Below are positions 1-9,390 of a stretch of 64,000 bases of DNA, piece by piece. Below the pieces are notes generated by a model. It saw only the letters and a list, made by a program, of their open reading frames with translations, was not told the DNA's origin and did no database searches. Each line of letters starts with the position of its first letter. The first letter of the stretch is position 1. A program made the translations under genes and the position numbers. Source of the DNA: Candidatus Moraniibacteriota bacterium (lineage in GTDB: Bacteria > Patescibacteriota > Minisyncoccia > Moranbacterales > UBA1568); contig CAVZUR010000005.1 in the NCBI GenBank assembly GCA_963778555.1, positions 33,756-97,755 on the forward strand, read 5' to 3'.

Positions 1-941
1 GTGACCATATCCACCCGACGGTTGAAGATGTGATGCGCGTCCATTTTGACCTTTGGACTTCTGAGAGGCAGCTCATTACTGACGGCTATGTTGAGAAAGC
101 TCTCGGGATTCTCAAAGACAAAGGCCTGACGTTCGAAGAGGATGGTGCGCTGTGGCTCCGCACTACTGAGTTCGGTGATGACAAGGACCGGGTCTTGGTG
201 AAGAGCGATGGATCGAAAACGTATTTCGCTTCAGATGCGGGCTATATCCTGAACAAGATGGAGCGGGGATTCAATCTGTTCATCGAGACCTGGGGGGCGG
301 ATCACCATGGCTACATCTCCCGCTTCCGGGCCGCGACTCAGGCACTCGGCTTCAAAGGGGAGGTCCATTTCATCATCGTGCAGCTGGTGAAGCTGGTAAA
401 AGATGGCGCTGAGGTGCGCATGTCGAAGCGCGCCGGGAACGTGGTCAGTATCGAAGAGCTTATTGAGACGGTGGGACACGATGTAGCGCGCTTCTTTTTC
501 CTCATGTATAGCCCCGACACGCACATGAACTTCGACTTGGGGTTGGCTGAGGAGCGCTCGGACAAGAACCCGGTCTTCTATGTGCAGTACGCCCATGCCC
601 GGCTGGCGAGCATGTTTCGCAAGGCGGATGAGGCGAACCTCATGCCCTCCGTCAATCATCTGAACCTACTGACTCATCCGAAAGAGCGTGTCCTCATGCG
701 CGAACTCATGGTGTTTCCGGAGCTCGTCGAGCGGATGGCTGCCGAAAAGACGGTGCATCAATTGCCGCAATATGCGGTCCGGCTCGCGGATCGGCTCCAT
801 TCGTTCTATGCCGACTGCAAAGTAATCGATATGGCGAATAGGGAACTCTCTGGCGCGCGGCTCGCACTCATGCAAGCGACGAAAGCGGTTCTGGCCGAGA
901 CGCTTCGACTCATGGGTATCGGCGCGCCGGAAGCGATGTAA
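1..941 (+). CDS. argS: Arginine--tRNA ligase, 5'-truncated by window edge
   Basis: WGADHHGY, MSKRAG (KMSKS-like) and YVQYAHAR motifs; the frame is open back to the window start. Confidence 0.95.
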   Translation, partial: DHIHPTVEDVMRVHFDLWTSERQLITDGYVEKALGILKDKGLTFEEDGALWLRTTEFGDDKDRVLVKSDGSKTYFASDAGYILNKMERGFNLFIETWGADHHGYISRFRAATQALGFKGEVHFIIVQLVKLVKDGAEVRMSKRAGNVVSIEELIETVGHDVARFFFLMYSPDTHMNFDLGLAEERSDKNPVFYVQYAHARLASMFRKADEANLMPSVNHLNLLTHPKERVLMRELMVFPELVERMAAEKTVHQLPQYAVRLADRLHSFYADCKVIDMANRELSGARLALMQATKAVLAETLRLMGIGAPEAM

Positions 942-960
942 CATCAAAAGAAACATCACT

Positions 961-1107
961 ATGTCTGACAAGGAATCACGTCCGGATACGAATGCATTTC
1001 TATTTGCCGCCCACCTCTATGTCCTCGTAGTGGGGACACTTATCTTTGCGATCGGATCAGACATCTCTCACGCGGTCGAGGCGTATGGCCGAACCTATGG
1101 TAGCTAA
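961..1107 (+). CDS. Small single-pass membrane protein (48 aa), below ORF-track cutoff
   Basis: My translation MSDKESRPDTNAFLFAAHLYVLVVGTLIFAIGSDISHAVEAYGRTYGS*; one hydrophobic stretch; fills the gap after argS and overlaps the next start. Confidence 0.5.
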   Translation: MSDKESRPDTNAFLFAAHLYVLVVGTLIFAIGSDISHAVEAYGRTYGS

Positions 1108-1705
1108 GTATCAGCGAAACGCGTATTGCCTGGTCCGGCACGGCGAGGCAGACAACAATGTTCTCGGGATACTGAGTTCGATGAAGAGCCGGAAGGAGTA
1201 CGCGTTGACTGAGCGCGGGAAGTTGGCGATATCCGCGACGGCGGCATTCCTCGCCAAGGAGGAGCCGGACTTCATTGTTGCCTCGCCGATACTGCGCGCG
1301 CGAGAGAGTGCCGAGATCATCCAGGTTGCGCTCAGCATCCCGCTGACGATCGATTCGCGCCTCTGTGAAGCACGCTTCGGGAATTTCGAAGAAACGAGCC
1401 ATCAGGCGTTCTTGGATTTCATGCGTATACATGGGACACGAGCTGTCGGAGCGCCCGAGCTCGGCGTCGAGGGCTACATGGACATCCGTGAGCGCGTCCG
1501 GGCGTTTCTCGAATCGGTGAACGCGGCATTCCAGAACAAGAAAATAGTCATTGTTTCGCATGCGGATACACTCCAGGAACTCTACGCAGAACTTCTCGGT
1601 GAGCCGATAGGTGCGGAACAGGGGGAAGGACGCTGGTTCCCTGAAAAGGGAGCTTGCCTAGTCGTGAGTCTGGATGGGACGAAGAGTTTTGCGCCGGAAA
1701 GATAG
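1085..1705 (+). CDS. Histidine phosphatase (phosphoglycerate mutase) family protein
   Basis: RHGE motif, SPILRARESA, EARFG, late SH; start ATG 1085 or 1097. Confidence 0.85.
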   Translation: MAEPMVAKYQRNAYCLVRHGEADNNVLGILSSMKSRKEYALTERGKLAISATAAFLAKEEPDFIVASPILRARESAEIIQVALSIPLTIDSRLCEARFGNFEETSHQAFLDFMRIHGTRAVGAPELGVEGYMDIRERVRAFLESVNAAFQNKKIVIVSHADTLQELYAELLGEPIGAEQGEGRWFPEKGACLVVSLDGTKSFAPER

Positions 1706-1767
1706 TGTTGTCGTGACCGGGTGAAAGCGCTGATGGTACACTGATTCCGTAATCTCTGAACGCCTGT

Positions 1768-2454
1768 ATGGACAAAACTCAACACGAGGCACTGCTGGCG
1801 ACACTCGAAAATGTGGAGTCGCTCCAGGCGTACAAAGCGTCATACGATAACTATTCGGTCGGTAACCTTCCGAAATTCCTCGGTACTCTTCTCGTCACCT
1901 GCGGCAATCTCGTGTACGGTCACGCTCCCTCCTATGGGAAATTCAAAGCGGTCGAAGTGATCGCGCGCATCCCGTACCAGTCGTGGGAAGTCGCGAGCTA
2001 TACGCTCTTGACCATGTTCTACTCGAACGAACAGAGGGCGATCGAGCTTTCGAAAGTCTCGCGTTTCAGCCGGATCTCGCAGGACAATGAGACGATGCAT
2101 GTCGTCGTGCTTTCGCAACTCGCAAAGAAATACGGACAAGACGGATTCATCCGGTACACGCTCATCCCGCTCCTCTTCTCTTTCGGCTATGCGGCGGCTT
2201 CATTCATCCTCTACCTCCTCAGCCCCAAGAGCGCGCTCCAGCTCAACTATCTGTTCGAAGACCATGCCTTCTCGCAATACTCTATGTTCGTGGAGGGGCA
2301 TGCCGAAGAACTCAAGGCGAGGCCGGTCATGATCGACTTCCTCGATTTCTACGGCCGTCAGGTGAAAAGCGAATATGAGCTGTTTGTCTCGATCAAGAAC
2401 GACGAGATTGTCCATCGCAACATGTCGGCCCATAGTGCTGATGAGCTGGCATAG
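1768..2454 (+). CDS. Alternative oxidase/PTOX-like di-iron carboxylate protein
   Basis: Ligand pattern E(VIARIPY), NETMH, FEDHAFSQY, NDEIVH matches the AOX/PTOX E, ExxH, ExxAxxxY, DExxH arrangement. Confidence 0.75.
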   Translation: MDKTQHEALLATLENVESLQAYKASYDNYSVGNLPKFLGTLLVTCGNLVYGHAPSYGKFKAVEVIARIPYQSWEVASYTLLTMFYSNEQRAIELSKVSRFSRISQDNETMHVVVLSQLAKKYGQDGFIRYTLIPLLFSFGYAAASFILYLLSPKSALQLNYLFEDHAFSQYSMFVEGHAEELKARPVMIDFLDFYGRQVKSEYELFVSIKNDEIVHRNMSAHSADELA

Positions 2455-2507
2455 GGAATTGGTCATGTGTCAATTCGTTTGGTGTCAGTAAGTAACTTCT
2501 TTCATCT

Positions 2508-3736
2508 ATGTTTGAGCTCTTCTCTTTCATCCAGTATCTACTGCTTCAGGGGGTAGGGCTTATCATCGCGATCGGCGTCGGTGGACTCTTTATCTTCATG
2601 GTTCTTCGCAAGCTTCACTCGCGGGTGATGACCTGGGCTCTGTTCCTTTTCTTCTTTGGTACCTGTCTCTTTCTCTATGTGCCGATGGGCGTGCCCCAGA
2701 CGATCGCCTTTCCCTTTGGACTGAAAACTTTTGGGCCATCAGAGGGTCCCTGGCTTCCTCTAAAAAATGTTTTTTCCTTCTTTTCACACTTCCAGCAATT
2801 TGCCAAGGTAACTGACATTGCTGCGGATCCAGATGTTACAAGGGCAGCTAAAGGTACTAAGGGGGGTGAGGTTGAGATTCGTATCACAGCCAAAGAAGTG
2901 CTCTCGGAAATTGCGCCGAGCGTCACTATGAATTACTGGACCTTTGATGGAATAGTCCCGGGACCATTTTTGCGAGTGCGCGAGGGTGACCGAGTGCACC
3001 TCACGCTCACCAATGACCCGACCAGTCTCCATCACCACAGCATTGACCTTCACGCGGTCACGGGCCCCGGTGGTGGAGCGGCTGTGACCAATGTGGCACC
3101 CGGCGAATCCAAGGATTTCCGTTTCCGGGCCATAAATCCAGGACTCTATGTCTACCACTGTGCTCACCCCAATGTGGCCAATCACATGGCCCATGGTATG
3201 TATGGAATGATTTTGGTCGAACCAAAAGAGGGGCTACCCAAAGTAGATAAAGAATTCTATGTAATGCAGGGGGAAATCTATACCTCAGAAAAAATGGGTG
3301 CTCGGGGACTACAGGTGATCGATGCGCGCAAAATGCTTTCGGGGGATGCAGAGTACTTTACCTTCAATGGCCGCGTGGGTGGGGTGAATGGAAAAATGAT
3401 GGCAAAGGTCGGTGAGACTGTGCGTATCTATTTTGGCAATGGTGGTGTCAATCACATTTCCTCGTTCCACGTGATCGGTGAGATATCGACACGGTCTATC
3501 CCGAGGCCTCTGTCGGCGGGGCCCTCTTCAAAAATGTCCAGACGACGCTAGTGCCTGCTGGTGGGGCGACGGTAGTAGAATTTAAGCTGGAGGTTCCTGG
3601 GAGATACATTCTCGTTGACCACGCTTTGGCACGGCTCGACCGCGGAGCCTGGGGTGTACTTGAGGTGACGGGAGAGGAGAATAAGGATGTATTTGAAGGA
3701 AAAACAGATTCCAATGCGGCAGCTGAAGGACACTAA
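2508..3736 (+). CDS. nirK: Copper-containing nitrite reductase with N-terminal membrane helices (1-nt frameshift near 3487)
   Basis: [37 protein letters not shown]; adding one T restores EIFDTVYPEA and joins ORFs 2508..3551 and 3551..3736. Confidence 0.88.
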
Positions 3737-3743
3737 TCTTGGA

Positions 3744-3772
3744 TTGCCAGGGGCATGAAAAAGTGGTATCGT
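3744..3772 (+). promoter_or_regulatory. Sigma70-type promoter for the ileS leader
   Basis: TTGCCA-17 nt-TATCGT, with TG upstream of the -10. Confidence 0.5.
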
Positions 3773-3790
3773 TGCTACACAATCTTGAAA

Positions 3791-3988
3791 GGCGCTTGAG
3801 GGGTCATCAGCCCCAATGCTGTGGGAAGAAAGCCATCCTGTGCTCGGAAGCTTCGGAATGGTGAATAGACCTCACCGGGTAGGCCCGTAACAGCCTTCAT
3901 GAAGTCTGCCGTTCGGCGGAGAAGTAAGGTGGTACCACGATTTCCGAATCGTCCTTAGCGCAAAGCGTGTTAAGGATTTTCTTTTTTT
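3791..3988 (+). promoter_or_regulatory. T-box riboswitch (transcription antitermination) upstream of ileS
   Basis: Antiterminator AAGG-TGGTACC-ACGATT-TCCG-AATCGT-CCTT (3926-3956); overlapping terminator TCCTTAGCGC/GTGTTAAGGA plus U-tract; stem I base GGGGTC/GACCTC; stem IIA/B-like CGGG-TAGG-CCCG-TAACAGCC. Confidence 0.9.
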
Positions 3989-3998
3989 CTCTACCCCT

Positions 3999-6989
3999 AT
4001 GCCATTCCGAAAAGTCGACGCCAAAGTGGATTTCCCGAAGCTCGAGGAAGGGATACTGAAGTTCTGGAGTGAGAACGGGATTTTCGAGAAGTCGGTGAAG
4101 AAGAATCCCGAAGACAAACCCTTCATCTTTTACGAAGGGCCGCCGACTGCCAATGGCAAGCCGGGGCTGCATCATGTCCTGGCGCGATCGTTCAAGGACA
4201 TCATCCCGCGGTACAAAACGATGAAGGGCTATCGGGTGGCGCGGAAGGCCGGCTGGGATACGCATGGGCTCCCGGTCGAGCTTCAAGTCGAAAAGGCGCT
4301 GGGGCTCAGGAGCAAGCAGGATATCGAGAATATCGTGCCGGGTGATGCTCGGGCGAGCGTGATCGAGTTCAACCGGCAGTGCAAGGCATCGGTCTGGGAA
4401 TACCGCGATCTCTGGGAAAAGATGACGACCCGGATGGGGTACTGGGTGGACATGGAACATCCGTATGTGACCTACGAGAACGAATATATCGAGTCGGTCT
4501 GGTGGCAGTTGGCTCAGATCGCAGAGATGAAAACTGAGGTAGGAGAATCATTCGTCTACAAAGGGCACAAAGTCGTGCCGTATTGCTACCGCTGCGGGAC
4601 GGCGCTCTCATCGCATGAAGTGGCCCAGGGGTACAAGGTGGTCAAGGATCTCTCGGTGACGGTTGAATTCGAATTGATCGGCGAAGCGGTGAAGACTTCG
4701 GTACTGGCTTGGACGACCACTCCTTGGACGCTGCCCGGCAATGTCGCGCTCGCCGTGAACAAGGATATCGATTATGTCACGGTCGAAAAAAAAGACGAGG
4801 GCGTCGGCGAAACGGTTCGCTTCATCGTCGCCAAAGATCGTTTGAAATCAATTTTCGGCGAGGAAGGATACGCCGTAGTGGATGAATACAAGGGCTCAAA
4901 GCTCGTGGGTCGTTCCTACAAGCCGCTGTTTGATTACTATGCGTCGGACGAAACGGTGAAGCATCGCGAGAACGGGTGGAAGATCTATCATGCGGATTTC
5001 GTCACGACCGACATCGGCACGGGCATCGCTCACGAAGCGCCGGCCTTTGGCGAGGACGATATGGAACTCGCGCGAGCTGAGAAACTGCCGATTATCCATC
5101 ATGTGAAGCTGGATGGGATGTTTGAGGAAGTGGTAACCGATTTCGCCTCGCTCCTCGCGAAGCCGAAGGACGATCCACAGGCGACGGATGTCGAAGTGAT
5201 CAAGCATCTGGCTCACGCGGGGCGTCTGTTTTCGAAAGAAAAGTATGAGCACGAGTATCCGTTCTGCTGGCGCTGCGATACGCCGCTCATCTATTTTGCC
5301 AAGCCGTCATGGTTCATCCGGATGAGCGAGCTTTCCACGGCTCTGGTGGCGAACAATGATCAAGTGTCTTGGGTACCCGAGAACATCAAAGAAGGACGTT
5401 TCGGCGAATGGTTGCGCGGCGTGAAGGACTGGGCGATCTCTCGCGAACGGTACTGGGGGACGCCGCTGCCGGTCTGGGAATGCGAGCAATGCGATGCCCG
5501 AAAGATTCTTTCATCGGCCAAGGAGCTGAATGCGCTGGAGGATTTGCATAAGCCCTACATCGATGATGTGACTTTTGCGTGCGCGTGCGGCGGGACGATG
5601 AGACGGACGCCGGAGGTGATGGATGTCTGGTTCGATTCCGGCTCGATGCCCTTGGCGCAGTTCAATTATCCGGATGCGGTCACCGAAGACGACAAGCGAA
5701 GCATCGAATCAGGGAAGTATTTTCCGGCGGACTATATCTGCGAAGCTATCGATCAGACGCGGGGCTGGTTCTACACGCTGCACGCGATCGCGACCTTGCT
5801 CCATCGGGCGGGGAAAGTCCCGATGGGCCATGCTTTCAAGAATGTCATCTGTCTCGGGCATCTCCTCGATGGCGAAGGGAAGAAGATGTCCAAGTCGAAG
5901 GGGAATGTCATCGACCCATTCGAGATGTTCGATCAGTTCGGCGCCGATCAACTGCGTTGGTTTCTCTTCTCTATCAATCAGCCGGGACTGCCGAAACGCT
6001 TCGACCTGAAGGGGATGCGCGATGTGCAGAACCGCGTGTTCCGCATGCTCTGGAACTCGTACTCATTCTTCACGACCTATGCCTCGATCGATAACTGGGA
6101 GCCGAAAAAAGACGCGAAGTCTTCAGACAACCTGCTCGATCGCTGGATCCTTTCCGAGACGCAGGTTCTGATACGGGAGGTAGACGCTCTACTCGAAGGA
6201 TATGATGTGTATACTGCGACGCAGAGCATTGAAAGCTTCATCGACAATCTGTCGAACTGGTATATCCGCCGCAGCCGCAAGCGTTTTTGGAAGTCCGAGG
6301 ATGACGGCGACAAGGAACAGGCGTATCAGACGCTCTACACTGTCCTCGTCACGCTCGCGAAGCTGATGGCCCCGTTCACGCCGTTCATCGCTGAGGAAAT
6401 CTATCGCAATCTGGTTGGCGAAGAGTCTGTTCATCTCGCCGAGTATCCCGTTGCAGATGAGAGTTTGATTGAGGAGAAGTTGAATGGAGACATGAATCTT
6501 TTACGCGATGTGGTAACTACTGGATTACAGTTTCGAGCAGAAAAGAAAATTAAAGTGAGGCAACCATTGAGTAAAGTTCTGCTTCCTCAGAAGTACGAAT
6601 CCATTTTTGATCGAGTAACGAGTGATTCTGATGAGTGGGGCAGTATTCTATATGAAGAATTAAATGTGAAGGGTGGCTCATTAGGGAATTATGAAAAAGT
6701 TGAGCTCGATATCGAAATCACCCCCGAACTGAAACTCGAAGGAGAGGCGCGGGAAATTATTCGAGCGATCCAAGAGGGGCGGAAGAAAGCCGGGTTCAAT
6801 GTGGAGGACAGGATAGTGCTTGGCTACACGGGCAAAGATGCAGTCTTCGCGAACAAAGAGCTGAAGGATCTCATCCTGCATGAAATTCTCGCAACATCTG
6901 TACAGTCGGAATCGCTGGCTGATGCTGACTATTCCGAAGCCGTCGACATCGAAGGGGAGAAATTTGCGTTCACTTTGAAGCGCGTATGA
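3999..6989 (+). CDS. ileS: Isoleucine--tRNA ligase
   Basis: GPPTANG..HHV (HIGH), GWDTHGLP, WTTTPWTLP, DQTRGWF, KMSKS. Confidence 0.97.
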   Translation: MPFRKVDAKVDFPKLEEGILKFWSENGIFEKSVKKNPEDKPFIFYEGPPTANGKPGLHHVLARSFKDIIPRYKTMKGYRVARKAGWDTHGLPVELQVEKALGLRSKQDIENIVPGDARASVIEFNRQCKASVWEYRDLWEKMTTRMGYWVDMEHPYVTYENEYIESVWWQLAQIAEMKTEVGESFVYKGHKVVPYCYRCGTALSSHEVAQGYKVVKDLSVTVEFELIGEAVKTSVLAWTTTPWTLPGNVALAVNKDIDYVTVEKKDEGVGETVRFIVAKDRLKSIFGEEGYAVVDEYKGSKLVGRSYKPLFDYYASDETVKHRENGWKIYHADFVTTDIGTGIAHEAPAFGEDDMELARAEKLPIIHHVKLDGMFEEVVTDFASLLAKPKDDPQATDVEVIKHLAHAGRLFSKEKYEHEYPFCWRCDTPLIYFAKPSWFIRMSELSTALVANNDQVSWVPENIKEGRFGEWLRGVKDWAISRERYWGTPLPVWECEQCDARKILSSAKELNALEDLHKPYIDDVTFACACGGTMRRTPEVMDVWFDSGSMPLAQFNYPDAVTEDDKRSIESGKYFPADYICEAIDQTRGWFYTLHAIATLLHRAGKVPMGHAFKNVICLGHLLDGEGKKMSKSKGNVIDPFEMFDQFGADQLRWFLFSINQPGLPKRFDLKGMRDVQNRVFRMLWNSYSFFTTYASIDNWEPKKDAKSSDNLLDRWILSETQVLIREVDALLEGYDVYTATQSIESFIDNLSNWYIRRSRKRFWKSEDDGDKEQAYQTLYTVLVTLAKLMAPFTPFIAEEIYRNLVGEESVHLAEYPVADESLIEEKLNGDMNLLRDVVTTGLQFRAEKKIKVRQPLSKVLLPQKYESIFDRVTSDSDEWGSILYEELNVKGGSLGNYEKVELDIEITPELKLEGEAREIIRAIQEGRKKAGFNVEDRIVLGYTGKDAVFANKELKDLILHEILATSVQSESLADADYSEAVDIEGEKFAFTLKRV

Positions 6990-7516
6990 CCCGAGTGATT
7001 ATCTTTTGCGGCAAAAGCGGCTCGGGCAAGACGACCTTGGCCAGTGCAGTCTCGAAACGGCTGAATGTCGTCTGTCTGGCCAAAGACACCCTCAAGGAGA
7101 AACTCTATGAACTCGAGAATGGGAAAACGCTTGAGGATAGTTTTCGAGTCGGTCGGAGTGCCATTCTCCTCTTGCTTGATTTGGCGGAAGCAGCGGTCAA
7201 GAACGGCGTTGATGTCATCGTCGAGTCGCCTTTCGATCATCCGGACAATGGCGTACGATTCCAGCACTGGATCGATCTCTACGCAGCCCATGTGCGTGTG
7301 ATCGTCTGTGAGGTAGACGAAAAGACGAGATTGGAGCGTACGCTCGGAAGACCGCGCCATGCCTGCCATCACGACGAGGAACGGATCGCTCGCGGGCTCT
7401 ATGAGAAGCCAGTCTTTGATTACTCAACTTTGCCGGGAGAGAAACTGGCAGTGGATACGGCTCAACCGCTTGAAATGAATACCGCGACCGTCTTGAAATT
7501 TCTTGGTGATGCATAG
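6986..7516 (+). CDS. P-loop kinase (AAA_33-like)
   Basis: N-terminal GKSGSGKT Walker A; ATGA overlap with ileS. Confidence 0.75.
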   Translation: MTRVIIFCGKSGSGKTTLASAVSKRLNVVCLAKDTLKEKLYELENGKTLEDSFRVGRSAILLLLDLAEAAVKNGVDVIVESPFDHPDNGVRFQHWIDLYAAHVRVIVCEVDEKTRLERTLGRPRHACHHDEERIARGLYEKPVFDYSTLPGEKLAVDTAQPLEMNTATVLKFLGDA

Positions 7517-7557
7517 CTATTGTTCGGACCAGCCATTGTGTGAGGTACAATAGACGC

Positions 7558-9240
7558 ATGTCTGAAACCCTGAACTTCAAGCCACCGATGGAATTGCCAC
7601 CTAGCCAGCCGGAATCGCCACCTCTTTCATCGGGTGAAGTCTCCAAAGTAAAAGAGAAGTCTGTTGACGTAGACCTTTCCATTGAGGAACGGCAGACGCT
7701 TCAGGCTACACTCAAGCAGCTTGATACCAATCTGCTCGTTGCGTGGAATCGGCGAGGTGAGAAACACAAAGGTGCGAAGGGTGAAGCGCTACGCGCGGTA
7801 CGCCGCGAACTCATCCGGCAGCCAACACTCATTCAAAATGGTCTGCACTATGCTGAGACGAGGAGTCATACGCTCTCGGTGATTAATTCAGCCATCAGTC
7901 TTTTCAAGGAGCTCAATCCGCAGACGCATTTTAGCGAACGAGAGAGTTCCACCGACCAAAGCCTGATGGAGTCACTTTTTGACGCGCTCCGGAACGAGTC
8001 AGCGGCCATCACTGCGGAACTGGAGGATGAAGAGAGTCCGGACCAGGACATCACACTTTCGGTTCTGAGCGAAATGCTCGATTCACCCGATGCTGAGCAA
8101 CGTGCTTACGCAGGGGATATTCTCATTCGTCAGCTCCCGTTGCTCATGGCTAAACTCTATGCTGAGCTCGATGATCCAGACAACGAAACCTCGATCGCCA
8201 ATGCGTGGCAGAACCTGGTCTTGCGCGTTGAAGATTCGAAACAGTACATCCAGGCCAGTGGAGCGCTGAAGAATGTCTGGGAAGCGAAGGAAGAGCAGCA
8301 TTGGGGCACATTGGAGGCCAAGATCTTTCAACCGATACTCAGAGTCCGAAGCAAGCCTTTGGAGCGGAATAAGGATTTCGTCACCCGATCGGCTATCGAA
8401 CTTGCTGGCCTCGATGGTGCGCGCATCATCGATGAGTGGGGGATGGCCGGAAGCCTGGGAGAAGAAAAAAAATACGGTCCGAGCCATCAGTATGCCTATG
8501 AATCGAATCTCAAAGCGTTGTATCTATTGAAAGATCTCTCCGCTGATGCGCCGAAGGCTCTGCACGACGAGTTCGGCATCACACATTTCGGCCGCTATCC
8601 AACCGAAGTCCTCCATCGGCAGTATGAAGAGCGAGAGAATCAAGACCCATACGGTATCGTGCTCTTTCCCTACGCTGACCATAACGGTGCGTTCACGGGA
8701 ATCCCCGAAGTATTCGCGCGGCTCCAAACCGAACTCGGCGGGAACGGATTTCGCTTGCGCATCATCGAGGCTGAGTCGAAGCATGGTATCGGCAAACGAC
8801 TCCTCCATCTCGATCGAAAATACGCATCTGGTGAGGGTGGGAATCAAGTTGAGTTCGCTATCATTGGTGGACATGGAACGAAAGAGAGTATTCTCTTCGG
8901 CGATGGCCGAGGACCGAGTCAGCAGATACATATGGCCGATCTCGAGGGTCAGGGAACGACGCGCGGGGCGGCCCAGATATTTCGGAAAGGTGCGCGAGTG
9001 GCGCTCATGTCGTGCAGTACTGGCATGGCGGGAGGTATTGCGCGCAAGATGAAAGATCGTTTCGGCTGGACCGTCCTGGCACCGCCGAAGGATGTCGCGT
9101 TAAAAGATATTTCCGTCCGTTTCCACAAAGGACGCGTGATACTCGATACGGAATATCGGGACGTTATCAGCAATGAATCGGTAGCGGCGAGGATTCATAG
9201 CCCAGAAATGCCTCATTCGTCTCTTTCTCTCGATAAATAA
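7558..9240 (+). CDS. Hypothetical protein with a putative C-terminal clan CD (caspase/CHAT-like) peptidase domain
   Basis: 560-aa ORF; IIGGHG followed about 48 aa later by ALMSCSTG; TACAAT lies 6 nt before ATG 7558. Confidence 0.6.
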   Translation: MSETLNFKPPMELPPSQPESPPLSSGEVSKVKEKSVDVDLSIEERQTLQATLKQLDTNLLVAWNRRGEKHKGAKGEALRAVRRELIRQPTLIQNGLHYAETRSHTLSVINSAISLFKELNPQTHFSERESSTDQSLMESLFDALRNESAAITAELEDEESPDQDITLSVLSEMLDSPDAEQRAYAGDILIRQLPLLMAKLYAELDDPDNETSIANAWQNLVLRVEDSKQYIQASGALKNVWEAKEEQHWGTLEAKIFQPILRVRSKPLERNKDFVTRSAIELAGLDGARIIDEWGMAGSLGEEKKYGPSHQYAYESNLKALYLLKDLSADAPKALHDEFGITHFGRYPTEVLHRQYEERENQDPYGIVLFPYADHNGAFTGIPEVFARLQTELGGNGFRLRIIEAESKHGIGKRLLHLDRKYASGEGGNQVEFAIIGGHGTKESILFGDGRGPSQQIHMADLEGQGTTRGAAQIFRKGARVALMSCSTGMAGGIARKMKDRFGWTVLAPPKDVALKDISVRFHKGRVILDTEYRDVISNESVAARIHSPEMPHSSLSLDK

Positions 9241-9278
9241 GCATCCGGATCTTTTCAAGCCATAACCAATCAATTCTC

Positions 9279-9307
9279 TTGACATTGATGATACTTCGTG
9301 ATACCAT
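9279..9307 (+). promoter_or_regulatory. Sigma70 promoter of the LysM-SLT gene
   Basis: TTGACA-17 nt-TACCAT with extended TG. Confidence 0.65.
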
Positions 9308-9390
9308 GGTGCTTCGTAACTTTCCAACTTAACTTCACCTAATTCCCCCCATTCTTCGGTTTTTTGTGTGTTTTGTGAAGGAGAAGCCCC

